Notes: a model not told the origin generated them from the letters alone. A stretch of DNA of 64,000 nucleotides from Octopus sinensis (GCF_006345805.1 NC_042998.1:36766001-36830000); one strand, 5' to 3'. Shown: positions 35,828 to 51,372, numbered from the stretch's first letter. Numbers and translations are program-made.

Positions 35828-35875
<48 letters not shown>

Positions 35876-36455
35876 ATATATATTGAAGGTTTGGAGATGA
35901 TATATATATATATATATATTAGTGTGTGTGTGTGCGTACAGAGACATTACACACACACATAATTAAATTAATGAAGATACAGAGTAGGTTGTCATTCTAA
36001 CGCTTGAACATAAGCCTATTTCCAGAAGTCATTCTAGTGATCGACACAAGAGTCAGTAGTAACTTTGATAACTATTCCTCTCACTAAAAAAAATTCTGCG
36101 TAAATAACCAAATATACCGCAACCAGTCGAACAGTAATATGTTTTGATCCGACGCAGCATCTGAAATTTTTACGTTTCGCTGGCTTTCAGAAATGATCAT
36201 GATTCCAGCTGCTTTCAGTAGGTCTGAGCAACAAATGATGAATATCTGTAATGATGGGAAATGAAATAACTGCTTCTATTGTCTGAGAAAGATGGATCGG
36301 GCATAGTAAAATATCATTATAGTGTAGGACAAGACCTGGCATGGCGATTGAAGTTGAATATCAAGCGGATATGATATATCGCATAATAAACATGCATATA
36401 GTCAGTCTGCGTTCAAATATGTGTTCACATGCATACACATACGCATAAGATTATG

Positions 36456-36489
<34 letters not shown>

Positions 36490-36567
36490 GACACACACAC
36501 ACACAGACACACACACACAGACACACACAAAGAGTTCATTATAAATATATTTATACATACCATTATA

Positions 36568-36611
<44 letters not shown>

Positions 36612-37325
36612 CATTATAGGTATAGCTATATATAACATTATATATATAAATAAATAAATATATATATTATATATATATGTGTGTGTGTGTGGTGTGTATA
36701 TGTGTTTATGAATTCGTATATGTGTTTGCGTGTGTGTGTGATTGTCTGTATGGATATACATGCCAGTAGATAAGTGTGTACGTAGTGAGAAATAGTTGGA
36801 TAGAATGAGAAAGAATGATGTCGATACTGGGGGCCGGGGGGGGGCGGAGAAAGAAAACAAGAATGAGGGAGAGTGAGAGACAGAATGGAGAGAAGTGAGA
36901 GGGAATGAAGGGGGCAGAAAGGGGGAAGGAAAAGATTGGGTGTTGGTAAAGAAACCAACAATAGGTTATCTAGGCATCCGCGGTAGATAAATATTTCCTT
37001 AGCGAAATATTTGTAGGAATATATTTTCTATTCAATGTATTAACTCAATTTCTTTAGTTTCTCCGGCCATCCTAGCTGGCAATAATACACAGAGAAAACA
37101 ATTACATTTCTCTTTGTTCAAGATAGCAGCAAAATTTATGATTTCAGTCATATTTTTCTCTATTTTTTCAAACAATATTTATATTATATTTCTGCCTGTC
37201 AATCTTTCTTTTTCCCGTTTTTATTATTTATCATCTTTAGAATTAATATCAATAGCCATATCAACAACAATATACCTCTTCTCCATATCTATCTCACTTT
37301 CTATCTATTCTATACCTATCTATAT

Positions 37326-37660
<335 letters not shown>

Positions 37661-38580
37661 ATCCATAGGTGTTTGTGCACATGTGCTTGTGTTCGGGTGT
37701 ATACACACACGTGTGCTTGAGTGAATGGGCGTATACATTCATACTTTAAAATTCAAACTTACATTCGATTGTTAGTGATCTACGTGAGAAACCTCCCCTG
37801 GGCAAACCACATGGTCGCAAAGAGGTAGAAAGTGATATTAGTTTCTCCAATGATTTGATTTGACTTCTGTTTTTCTTTTTAAGTCATAATCAGGACACAG
37901 TTAATCATAGGCTGTAACTGGAAGCAAGTACAAACAGTGTTAGCACGATCATGTAAAATACATAGCAAAGTTGTCTGATATGAGATTTGTAACCCGATAT
38001 TTTTAAGAAAAATATTGCGCAACCACCTTATGGAAGTAGACCGCGTTTTTAATTCACAGGAACATTGGCATTTACACTGAAACAACAAAATTGATTATCT
38101 TCAATTTCGATGTCAGTTAAAGACATTGTCAGGACTCGCATATCCAGACTTCTTTGCTGAGAGATGATTACTATTTCTACAAATTGATGGTATAAACATG
38201 TGTGTGTTGGGCTCGAACTTATTGTTATGGTGGTGTGAACTCGTCTGTTTTATAAACTATTGGTTAATCTGAAATGGTTGTTGGCTAGTAAGATATACTT
38301 CGTGGAAACTATCTCTATTTCCTACATATTTATCTATTAATGTGCAAGCAGACAGTTTCATTAAAAAAACCGATAGATTGATACCAGTAAAAGGTATGAA
38401 TAAGTGTACAAGAGAGGTGAACAATCGGCTGAGAGATTATTGCTCTCTCCTATCCAACGAGATTCATACACGGGTGGGCACATATGCAAACAAGACAACA
38501 TACTCACATACATACGCACAAACACACAAACACACCAAAGACGTGTGTTCGTGTACACAGATTCGTGTAAAACTTTTAAC

Positions 38581-38757
<177 letters not shown>

Positions 38758-39329
38758 CCTACACCACCATCAACATAGAAGACGACAGAAGAAGCACACC
38801 AAGTAAATCCATCAACAATCGAAAATAATGCAACACCTGAGAAAATACCAACACCACCAACAACAGCAAGAAGTAAAGAAACAGAAAAACAAAAACAAAA
38901 CTGATTCCCCATCCCCTATGCCGCACACATTGCACACAAACAGTCAACAACCAGCATCAACGAAAACAGCAACACAACCATTTACACAAACATACATAGA
39001 AGCATACAACATGCCCCTACCCACTTCTAATTCCTCAGAAATTTCGTCGGAAGACGAAAGCAGTGAGGAATGGCAAATAACCAGAAAAGGAAGGGGTAAA
39101 AGGAGCAGAAAAAGACATTTCGAAACCTGATTGCAAACAACAACAAAACCAACAAATATATATACACCACAAAAATATATACAGCAAACATGTTCACAGC
39201 TATAGACACTAAAAACAAAATAGTTGATGGAATACATCAAATCGAAAGCAAACCTAACAAAAGATGACGTAAAAACAAACAGCCAACCATACGCAAAGCC
39301 ACCGGAGCACATCAAAATACTACACATCT

Positions 39330-39960
39330 CATGAGACACTGAAAAACTACGAAGCTGTAACAGGAGTGAAAATCAACCGGGAAAAGTCAGTGGGCTTGTA
39401 GTTCTGCACCTGGAGAAGCAAGACTATGCCGCCCAACAGCTCGTCCGTCATCTACTACCGCCTGACCGTCGTGCTTTGTCCCGACCCTACCATCACCAAA
39501 GTAGAACGCATTCTCTTCCTCTTCTTTGTGGAAAGGATGCGTTCCGATGGTCAGGCGATCCGTTTGCTGCCAACACCTATTAAAAGGAGTGCTGGGCATG
39601 CTGTGGTTGATGATGCACAGACACGCGCTAAGACTGCGACATCTCCGGCTCTGCGTAGACGACGGGGAACAAATGTGGTCACTGTTGGTGAGGCGCGCTT
39701 TCCTGCAGGTCGTCTCCATGACCGAACTGAAGTCGCGGATCAAAAAGAGGCCGAGGAAGGCCGAATGGCACCGCGAGTGTCATGTTGCTCTCGAGCAACT
39801 ATACCACCCCAGGTAGACCTTGAGTGACTTCAACACAACCAAAGCATTCTACAGGGGATTATTGGAGGGGAGGTACAACGACGATCTTGGGGCGAACCTG
39901 GCCGTCGACGAGGGATACCTGAGCCGCTTGTTCAAGACAATTTTCGGGCCGGAACCAGGG
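39330..39960 (+). mobile_element. L1/Tx1-like LINE ORF2 fragment (RT end and post-RT region), disrupted
   Basis: ETLKNYEAVTGVKINREKS (RT domain 7-like), VIYYRLTVVLCP..TITKVERILF, WKGCVPMVRRSVCCQHLLKGVLGMLWL...HALRLRHL (decayed GGLG motif). Stops and frameshifts present; GC-richer than flanks. Confidence 0.7.
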
Positions 39961-40106
39961 AAGTTTTGTTTAGTGGATGTTTCAAAAAAAGATGGGTGAA
40001 TGTAGTAATGATGGCACTAGTGAATGACGGAGCCAGCTTGAGCATAATCCTATAAACCAAAAAAAAAAAAGTAAGAGTCACTTTCTGTAATGTGATTTTT
40101 TGCATG

Positions 40107-40163
<57 letters not shown>
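40107..40163. repeat. (CTA)n trinucleotide repeat
   Basis: Direct reading. Confidence 0.96.
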
Positions 40164-40165
<2 letters not shown>

Positions 40166-40508
40166 CAAGGTTCCCGTGATCTTTACCGTAATTTTTCTTT
40201 CCACAGATGAACCTAATCTGTTTCCCATTTTACACTACGACACTTTTGATTGATCGTTTTTGCCCCACGATCCCTTTTGATCAGAATTCGACCCACTTTT
40301 TTGTCTTTTTTCTCTCTTCTTCCCAAAAAGTAAAGCTCAACTTTGTATTTTGCCCCCTCTGTGTTCAGCTCTGTGTAGCCTATAAAGAAACATACCTATC
40401 TACTTATCTATTTTTCCATATATTTATATATCAATCTATCTACCCATCTATCTCTATTTATCTATCTATCTACCCACCTGCGCATTTACTTACCCATATA
40501 TCTATCTG

Positions 40509-40571
<63 letters not shown>

Positions 40572-41080
40572 CTAACTACCTATCTATCTATCTATCTATC
40601 ATCTATCTATCTATCTACTTATTTATTTTCCTATCTCTTTCTCTATCAATCTATTTACCCATCTATCTGTCTATTTACCTATTCACCAACCTGAAATCCA
40701 TATTCCATGTTTGCATGTTTATATACGTACACAAACACAGAAGAATCTCCTATAAACCTTTCCTCTTGTTCTTATTCTGGCGCCTCTCTTTTGTCATGAC
40801 ATATTTGCTTTCATATAGAAACTTTTGTTCATTTCCCCCGTTTTATCTATTATCATCCACAAAGCTTATAAGAAAAGAACCAGCGCGTCATATCATTCTG
40901 GGATTCAAAGAAATAAAAACACACCTCTATCGCATTAACATTTCTGAAGCCAATGATGTATTGCTTAAATACATTTAATTCATAATATTCGCAATAATAT
41001 TCAAATTCTATTTCACAGAGAATTCTTCTCATTCTTTTCATTCATTCTTCTTCACATTCTCGTTTTTGCTGTTTTTCTCT

Positions 41081-41081
41081 G

Positions 41082-41150
<69 letters not shown>

Positions 41151-41259
41151 CACCACCACCACCACCACCAACGCCACCACCACCATCACTACTACCAGCA
41201 CCAGCACCATCAGTACCACCAGCACCACCAGCACCAGCACCACCACCACCACCACCACG

Positions 41260-41334
<75 letters not shown>

Positions 41335-41335
41335 A

Positions 41336-41413
<78 letters not shown>
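41081..41413. repeat. Compound in-register trinucleotide repeat (CTA)n-(CCA)n-(CTA/CTG)n
   Basis: Direct reading. Confidence 0.95.
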
Positions 41414-44001
41414 TGTATTCTACTCAGTGACACAATGTAGGTATTAATGAACAATACGTAGAAAGCTAATAATTTCCCCCACATGTGACTTCAGTTCAAA
41501 CTTCACTAGAATCAAATTTGGTGGCTTTCATAGATTAAGTACCATCTGCACACTGGGGTCGATTCATATTATCGCTGTGGTCAATTTCTTTTATTGTGTT
41601 AGAAAACATCATCCTAATAATCATGGTCGCTACGATTATCATTATCTCATCATCGTATTCATTGCCATTGTTCTAATCGATGTTCATTCTCAGAATTCTC
41701 TTCGAGTATCGGAAGATGTATCGCCCAAGAAACCAATGGCATTTCTTGCAGGCATAGTTATAGAAACAGCAGTTATTACGATGTCAGTGAGAATCGTTTT
41801 AAGGTATTCAGGAGAAGAGCATCTGTGGAAAATACATGGATTTTACTGAAGGATAGTATGACCACAGTAAGAAGGGGATTTGTCTGTCATCTTTATAACC
41901 ACAACACATTAAATTATTTAAATTGTGCAAGAAAAAAACTCATCTCAAGATATCACTATCTTAGCGGGTTCATTTGTACATCATAGCAATAATCTGTTCG
42001 AATTGAATTTACATAAATTTACATAAATTTGCAAGAGCACATGTGATAATCTGGCAAATAATGAGGACTTTTATATGCATCATACAAGAATTCTGAGTAA
42101 AATTACGTTTATTTAAAAATAGAGCCTGGGTGTTCTTCAGTGAGAGCAAAATCTTGTATATTGTATATGCAAAGTAGCACAAATAATCACAAAACATGGC
42201 GTATATTTGCTTCTTCGTCGAAAAAATAACAAAAAAAGGAAAAATGTAAAAAAAATAAAAAGTAAGACATGAGAGACAGAGTCTATGGACTTTTGCGAAG
42301 GAATATTATGAAAACCATATTCGGCAAGTGTGAGTCATTAATTACCAGGGATTCACTAACAAACACTTCCCTATTGGCGAGGAAAATTATTTTCTCTTTC
42401 AATGCTAGACGTGGCAACAGTCTAGTAATCATAGTACAGGTGTGAACTTTCAACCTCAATTAAGCTGTCGTCATTATTATGCAGGTGAGTCGATAATTAT
42501 GTGGAGTACACTTATAATCTTTTACCTATTAGAAGGAAAATTAACTCCATGCTAGTCGTTGTTTCTGCGATGCAGGCTGGAATTTGAAACAATTAAGTTG
42601 TCACTGTTGTTATGTTCACCTTGGCTGCTCACTCGCTCTTTGCTCCAAAGGAGTGCAAGGTGTCATTAATTATGAACAATGTGCTTCTAATTTTCCCCCC
42701 TTTCTTGGGAAATAATTTGCACGTGCATCACTCGAGGCGGCATCCATCTCCTTACTCTGGTTCAGATTTGTACTTGAAATGTCAATTAAGTCGTCTCCGC
42801 TATTATGAAAACCGCTGCCGATACGCTTGCTGTTTCTTCCAATAAAATGTGCAGTGTTCAGTCATGTGTTATTTTGTCATTCATTATTGCAATTTTGAAC
42901 ATCTTAAAAGTGCAAGTATATATATATTTTTAGCATTATCGCCTTGCCTTTCAAATAAATTTGTTCAGTTGCTTGCAAGACTTTTTATGCGCCACCTCAA
43001 ATACGTAAAAGATGAGATCACGTTTGAATATTTAATCCATCCATACACAGCTCACAGTTGCAAAATCATCGTTGCTGTATTTTGTTAAAAGCCTTCCATG
43101 AATATATAATACTTTCTTAATGCAACTTCAGCATCGGAAAAACCAAACCTTGAACGCTGCTCTCCTTTGAGTCAAAATGAATTTACAAGATATTTCATCT
43201 TCAAGCTGCAACCTAAGGTTTAGTGGGAGACAACGACGACTAGAGATGCTTGTACATCTAATTTTCTGGCCACTAATAAAAATTGATAATGGAATGTGCG
43301 GATAATTAATGATTATTCCTTGTATGTTAAAATAAATATTATAAATGTTTTACTCAGCCTCGGCATACTGTGGATACATCGGCTTCGGAAAAATACGGGA
43401 GTAGAAAACAATTTGTCAGGATATAATTATAAAATGTCAATAAAACAAATACATCACTAATCAACGAATACATTCCAAAATAGGCGCCAATTTTCTATGA
43501 TAGGAAAGAAGATATTTCAATAAAGAAAATGCAAGGAAGAAAAACTATCCAGAGAATGTGAATTACAAACTCATAAAATACCTCGAAAGATAGGTGCTCC
43601 CAGAGAAAACAAAACTAAACGAAGATACTATTTTACACAAATACTGAGTCAATGTTTATAGATATATACATACATACACACATACACAAACACAAACACA
43701 ACTCACACACTCATACACACATACACAGCGTATTGTTCCATGATGGTAGATGAGAGATAGATATTATTTAATAAACACAATATATGTTTTTAGGTGTTAC
43801 TCTTAGTTTCCAGTGCTGAGAACATGCCAAATTGCCCCAGCACAATCAACAAAAAAGCACACGGGGTATAACGAACTAAAAATGGGACTAGAGAAAAACT
43901 GGGAAAAGCGAGAAGGAAGTATATATAAAAAGAAGATGGTCGAAAAGCCCAAACCAAAAAAGGTTTTTCCATTTATATCTCACGTGGTGCTGCGTTGGAA
44001 T

Positions 44002-44040
<39 letters not shown>

Positions 44041-44599
44041 ACACTCACACACACACACACACACACACACATTAACGTGGCGAAGCACCCGTTCTAAATA
44101 AGCTAATCCATTAACGCAACGTCCTTTTAATATGCATACATTTTCCTATCAGACATACGTGAGGTGGGAATTTTAAGAGAACAATTTGTAAATGCCACAT
44201 GCAACATCTTTAATTGAAATTATTAAGAATTTTTTTATTATTACATTGAAAACATGCTCATAGCAAAACTGTTAGGGGACACGAGGGATATACAATAGAA
44301 TTACAAGGAAACTCAGGCCTAGTTAACATTCCAATCATTATGTTGAGATTTTTACATTTCCACAAATATCTGTTGGACGTCCTTATGTAGACATATAAAA
44401 GGAACAAGCTAAAAACCATCTCAACATCTTCCATAGAGAGAGACAGGAAGATGTTAGTTAGTTAGTTAGTTAGAAGATGATCTTCACTTGCGTCAGAAAG
44501 GCAGAGAAATAACTCTTTCAGCAGTAGTCTACAACTTTGTGTCCTTTTATAGAATTTTACCTCATATTGATTCCATCGCGCGAAGAAACCGAAACAGTT

Positions 44600-44850
44600 A
44601 TGAGAAAGAGCGATAAACACTACCACATGCCGTTTTTATTAGAAGATTCGTACAAGAGCATAGAATTTTCAGCCAAACGGAAATTTGTAGAAATCTCCAA
44701 GGCGTTTGACAGTTTAAAAAGGACTAAATCTCTTATGCTGTTAAACAATTATAATCTACGTGAGAGCATCAAAGCCATCCCTATCATGTATAAAAACAGT
44801 CAAGCTTGGTGTAGAGCATAGTCGGTCAAACTAAAGAATTTTCTACAAAG
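44600..44850 (+). mobile_element. Degraded RTE-like RT fragment
   Basis: FVEISKAFDSLKRTKSLMLLNNYNL...IKAIPIMYKN resembles FVDFSKAFDSI.R...L..YGI...I.AI..MY. Confidence 0.55.
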
Positions 44851-45879
44851 ACAAGAAACATTAAAATAGAGGTGTTAGCTGCATTTCGTTTCTAATTTAT
44901 CATACTACATAACAGGACATAGAGATGCATATCAGGATATTGATAAGCAACGCAATAGAAGTGGAGACGTAGACTCCTGGCATGGCGACCCGATTGATAT
45001 CATAATTGCGATCGCTGCAAAGAGACAACATGATTTATGTCCCAGCAAGCCATACCCATACACCTATATATTACGCCAGGCCATGAACAAAGATAGACAT
45101 AGATTTTTCCACACTAATAGATATCAGAAATACGTTTGCAACAATTGCCAAATATATTCTAGTCACACAGCAAAATATCCCCAATATCATACAACAGATA
45201 TCTCTAAACACCTGTATAGTATTAAAAAATGGTGCTTGGACAATGTTCAGTTAAAACGCAACTACGGTTCAATAAAGTGAGCTGAGTACAGTCTCCCGGA
45301 GATATTGTTACGCGTATATGTATCAATATAATTGTTATAGATTTTCAAGAACTCCCACAAGTACGTGGCACTAATAACAAATTTGAAACACCAGACCTCA
45401 TAAACATTAATGGCATCATCAAATATAATACGCAAACATTACACACGGCCAGAATGTTACTCTATATGAGGAAATGAAATATAGAAAATACAGTCAAGGG
45501 AAGAAGACAAATAACAATCTTAGTATATAACATAACACCACACAAGTACTGAATCTCTGTCCAAACAAATAAATAAAATAAAATCTGGTATTCAAACTAC
45601 GACGTACGGATAATGGGTACATCAGTAAAAGTTACTGAGAGCACAGCATCCACGCAAAGGGATAGGAACTTTATATAAGTTAATCGCCTTTTATATAGTA
45701 CATGACATTTTGTTAGAATTGCTTTCTCTTAAATGAAATTATAGCCTTTTTTTTATTCTTACTCTTAGATGCCTATCAATGTATGGCTTTAAATCACTGT
45801 TCACATAACAAATACAGATATCAAAAAAATAAAATGAAAATTTCGGTTTGAAAAATGTTTGCACTCATCATAGGTTCCT

Positions 45880-46850
45880 ATACATACCAATTCTTTACTA
45901 TTCTTAAAATTGGTAACTGAGAAAAAAATTTATATTTCCAAAAAGAAGCGGAAATTCACAGACCTATTACCGTTCCTCAAAAAGAATTTTAGAAAGATAA
46001 ATCGTTGGTATCGCTTCCGCGCGGATTTCTCTTTCCTATTCAAATCGCAACCTCTCTTTAGAATTCTAAATTTAGCTATCGCAAAATTCATAAAGAATAC
46101 ACAAAGAAGACAGTGTGATTTGAACAACGAAATGTTCAAATGAGTATGATGTGAAAGCATTATTCTTGCTACTTTTGACGTAAGGAAATTCTTTCTATAT
46201 AATTTCTGCGAAGAAGTAATAAATAAAATACAAATGCTTGCGAATATATTAATGTTCTTTTCAATAACAAGAAATATCACTTCAAATCCTGCAAATTTCT
46301 TAAACGATGTAACATAAGGATCTGTCCTCCATTACTGCTTTAAAAATATATTTACTGAAACAACTCACACCTAATACATAAGTTCTATGGCATCTGCTGC
46401 ACTTCGATATTTAGTTATATAATTTCGTAAGATAAACAGTTAGAAAGTACTACACCGAACGAAGCATCTAATATACCAGATCTAATATCTCGCTTCTTCT
46501 TAACACTACCAAAGGAAATCAGATAGATAATTGTTATACTAAAACACATATACACACTAAAAACAAAGAAAAAAATATTTTTAACATCTCTTACTTAGCA
46601 AAAATTTATGTTACACTAATTAAATCAAAACAAACCAGAAAACTCTTAGTGTATTCACACCATATCGCCCACCATCAAGAGATAACAACTTTAGTCTAGC
46701 AAAATATTTCATCCAGTCGACAAAATATCACAAACAAATGAGGAAGCACATTTGGCGCGATAACAGAACCTCATCAAATGGGCAGACAATTTTTACATTA
46801 AAAACAATATTCTCGGAATGAATGGCCGCTAACACTTAGATGTAGAAGCA
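45880..46850 (+). mobile_element. Very degraded Penelope-like RT relic (tentative)
   Basis: ILATFDV motif near 46165 and a downstream MG..S-like remnant; many stops. Confidence 0.35.
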
Positions 46851-47187
46851 CCGACACTTCAAATTCCCCAAAACAAGTAACCGCAAACTACAAAAATAGC
46901 AATACGTCACATACCAGCAACTATTAGTTTGACACACATACACGGAAGCACAGAGGTGCAAACGCCAAAAGCACAAATTTACACACATAAATATATCAAG
47001 ATGTATTGATTAATATCTTTAATATATTGTTACTTAGAAAAAAGGGAGAGGCAGTGGATGCGAAATTTTTGTAGGAGACAAATTTCTTTTCAGATGTCGT
47101 GTGTAAAATAATGAACCAAGCTACAATTGACGTTAACGAATAAATAATCTTGCCTCTTAAGGATAGCGCCTCAAATATTTCGAGGTA

Positions 47188-47655
<468 letters not shown>

Positions 47656-47755
47656 TGATCGATAAATGTATAGAAAGAAAGATAGATACATATTTACTTA
47701 AAATATCGATACATAAATAGATACAAAGAAAGAATGATCAAGCAAAATGGGACGT

Positions 47756-48270
47756 TTTATTACTCTAAAAGACAATAACCCTAATTATCAGCATAAATGC
47801 AATTGTAGATTGTTAAACCCAACGAGGACTGAAATCAGATTAAAACAATTCCGGAGAAATAGGAATGTCAAAATTTGAAAGAACACGTGGTTACAACATT
47901 AGGATAATAGCATTGCTGTAATAGATTGGTTGAAGAACATGAAGAATAAGCATAGGGTTAGATTAACTCACTTCGATATTATAGATTGTCTACGCTCTCT
48001 AACGAGATCACTGCTCGACAAGGCGACTGAGTTTGCTAAATCACATTTTGAAATAGACCTACCTTGTGGACCTAGGCCTTATCATGCAAAACGTCAGCCA
48101 CAACACATCTGATACACTCAGTGGCTACTACTAACTCCAGGCTACGACAGACAGGTAGAATGCTCTTGAAGCCGAGAATATGAATTTACGGAAACACTAT
48201 TTAGATATCGACTGGGGAAACACAAGTAGATCTTATAATGGAAGGAAGTGGTTGCATAGCCTAGTGTCTG
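47756..48270 (+). mobile_element. Penelope-like element RT fragment, disrupted
   Basis: FITLKDNNPNYQHKCNCRLLNPTRTEI and AVIDWLKNMKNKHRVRLTHFDIIDCLRSLTRSLLDKATEFAK match the PLE RT pattern FITLKDHK.NF.N.P.CRLINP.K.EI...VI.WF...FDI..FYPSI...LL..A..FA. Confidence 0.8.
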
Positions 48271-48670
48271 GAAGCCTAGAGAACTGCTATATATATGTAA
48301 TTAATAAAATGTCTTTTGGGGTCAAAATGTATTGAGTATCACTAGTTAAGTGTTCAACTTGCGGTATTGTCCAAAATCTTAAAAAAGATGCTTAAGGATT
48401 TCAGAGATCTGAGAGAACCGCTATACATTAAAGTTTAAGAGAGAATGCATTGGTTATATCTGGAATAATCACAAAAAAAGATATATTAATATATAGAATT
48501 GTAGTACTATAGTAATGATTAAATAATAATGTTTAGTAGGAAATATGAAGATATTTAAATATCTTCATATTCTTTACTATACATTATTACTCATCATTGA
48601 TTCTATACATTAACATATCTTTTATTGTGATTATTCCTGATATAACCATTCCATTCTCTCTTATACTTTA

Positions 48671-48762
<92 letters not shown>

Positions 48763-48854
48763 TTTAATGTATATATATATATATATATATATGCTGTATT
48801 CGCATGTGATTTTAACTTTCGCACAACGCCTGCAAGTTCAGAGGAAAGGGTAAG

Positions 48855-49009
48855 TGCATTGTATCGAGCCTAGTGCACAGCTTTTTTTCTCGAATCCCAA
48901 AAGGGATAAACGGGCAGGTCGACTAGATTGGAATTTGAACTCAGAACATGAGAAATGCTGCTAAGAATTTTTGCCTGTCGTGCTAACTCTTCTGCCAAGT
49001 CGCCGCCTT
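48855..49009 (-). mobile_element. SINE family A, diverged 5' part
   Basis: Ends CTGCCAAGTCGCCGCCTTT (reverse complement of the head); GTCGAC...GAATTTGAACTCAGAAC. Confidence 0.7.
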
Positions 49010-51372
49010 TGCATGTGTGATGGTATTGAAATCATTTTGTATCGAAGTGGAGAGGCGGCTGTATGTTTGTTTGTGTGTGAGAGAGAGAGTGAGAGTGAGA
49101 CAGAGAAAGAAAAGAAAGGGGTAGAGAGGGAGAGAAAGAGAGTGAGAAAGTGTGTATGTGTGTGTGTGTCAGAGAGAAAGAGAGATTCAGAGATAAACTG
49201 AGATGAAGATAGATTGATCAATTACTTTTTTGTGATTTATTGCTTAAAACATTGATTGATTTGGTCGCTAGCATATATGTGCGTATACTGATCTTTACTG
49301 GTATGTGTGTATATGTGTGTATGTCTGTGTATGTGCGCGCGTGTGTGCGTGTGTGTGTGTACATAAGATGAGGCGTGTTGCTTTGTGTGTTTGTGTCTGT
49401 GTATATACAATACAGCGTTAAGTAACCACTTTGACTGGTGAATATCGAAAAATCAATCTAAGTATTACAAGTACCACTTTTTGAATATATGTTCAAATCA
49501 GTTCGGAGAATCTGTCCAAGTTGCATAATTAAATATCTAAATATGTCAAGAGTATTGAAATTAATCGTTAAAAATCGTATTAACTTATGAATGAATGACT
49601 TTATTCGTGAATAGTTAGCCTTACATTGAAGCGATTTCAAAAAACAAAACGGAGAGGACAGAGAACTCATAATTTATCAGCAACTCTCTAAAATAATCAA
49701 GAAGAGAGAAAACATTTTCCGAAATAAAGATATGTGGTTAAAATCCAATTAATCATTGCTTCGAAGTCACCGGATAAATTATTCATAAGTTAGATTCTAA
49801 ATTTCAATATCAAATAAAGAATTATGTTTAAGGCAATTAGGTTTGATTTTATTGGGAACTTTGTTGCCTGGCAAAATTTCAGTTGTGTGAAGTAAAATAT
49901 AAAGATATTTGCCTGAGTGAAAATGCAGTATGCTTAGTGACAGAAGATCATTAGCAGGGTGATGTAGTGTTATTGGATATTAATATAGTTATATAATGAC
50001 ATTCTATGAACATCGTTAATGGCATACTGGCATGTACGTATGTATGTATGTATGTATGTTTCTATATGTATGTATTTTTCTATGTGTATATATATATACA
50101 CACACACACATATTTATGCATATATATTTATATATATACGCAGATATATATGTATATATGTACATATTCATATGCGTATGCATACACACACATACATATA
50201 TATATACATATATCCGAAACATTAAAGTGGCATCGCATCGTATATCAAAAGGTATGTGCACCTATTACCTTCATCTGCTCTGCACGGACTTGTGATCTTT
50301 GTAGCATTAGCATATTCATAGATTGATTATATCTTACCTCATCGGGGATTAAATCTTACACGGTGGAATAAACTGAAAATGACTAACATTTTTAGACAGA
50401 GGGCAGGAACCAATTGACTTGCCTGAAAGTATTCATTTTTCCCTCTTTGACTGTAAATTAACGTACCAAGTGAAATCACATTCATTTTCAAAACCAAAGA
50501 AATTAAATTCTCACTTATATTTGTTATTATAATGTGCCCTAATATAGAGAATAATGGTTGATAACCACATAGAAAATAATCTTTCCACTGAGCGGTTGAC
50601 TTCGATAGATCACGAACAAAACGTATTTGAATATCACAAATGCTGCATCTTTTTAAAATAGTGGTTGGCTTCTCATATCAAAAGTTATTATTCAATTAGT
50701 GAAACACGGAATAATTTGCTATAAAATATACTGCGTCTTATACGATTGTGTATTATATACGGAAATATAATTATATAAAATTATATATATATATATACAT
50801 TTATATACATATGTATATATATATGCATATACATATGCATATATACACAACCTCATTCCCCCTTACACACCCTAAACACACCACAAACATGCACACACAC
50901 ATAAACAGATATGTGTGTGTCTTTGCATATGGATGTACATGCAGATTTGTGTCTGTGTGTGTGTCTGTGTGTGTGTATGATTCTATATGGTAGTTTGTGT
51001 CCGTATATGTGTGAATATGTACATTGAATTTCCCAACAGGCTAGTTCATTTTTGCTAATTAATTAGATCTAATGGGACAAAATTATTTATCAATACTATA
51101 TCTGCTTTTAAAGAGAAACATCTCATGTATTTAGACTTGGAACGAAGCGAAGCAATGGTAACTTGAAGTGAATCCTTAACCCTTTCTTGGAAGCAGTCTT
51201 CGATATTCTTCACCCAGTTCTGTCTCTACCTAAAGACTTTGTATACAACCATTTGTTCTCAACGATTTGTGTAAATGTGGTTTTCAACCAACGTTTGCCT
51301 ACGGATCTCTTCCATAGCTATTTTCCTCGGGTGGATCCTCATAGCAAATCGATGTTTATAAACTCCTAGTAT

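Larger units (their letters stand above)
32806..35836 (+). repeat. Tandem array of ~6.4 copies of a ~476-bp hammerhead-containing unit (retrozyme-like)
   Basis: GATTACGTAAGTATG recurs at 32806, 33284, 33756, 34232, 34705, 35183 and 35659 (periods 472-478). Copies are near-identical. (TA)n on both sides. Confidence 0.97.

Noticed and set aside
38760-39320. A/C-rich ORF-like stretch upstream of the Tx1-like fragment (possible ORF1 remnant)
   Set aside because: No diagnostic motif; left unannotated.
42480-43120. Repeat-free, moderately complex segments that could be host exons or conserved non-coding elements (also ~30600, ~52500, ~60700)
   Set aside because: No recognisable protein similarity or supported splice structure from sequence alone; would need RNA-seq or cross-species alignment.
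45080-45200. CNNCQIYSSH as a possible CCHC knuckle of a LINE ORF1
   Set aside because: Spacing is imperfect and the last Cys is missing; too weak to call.
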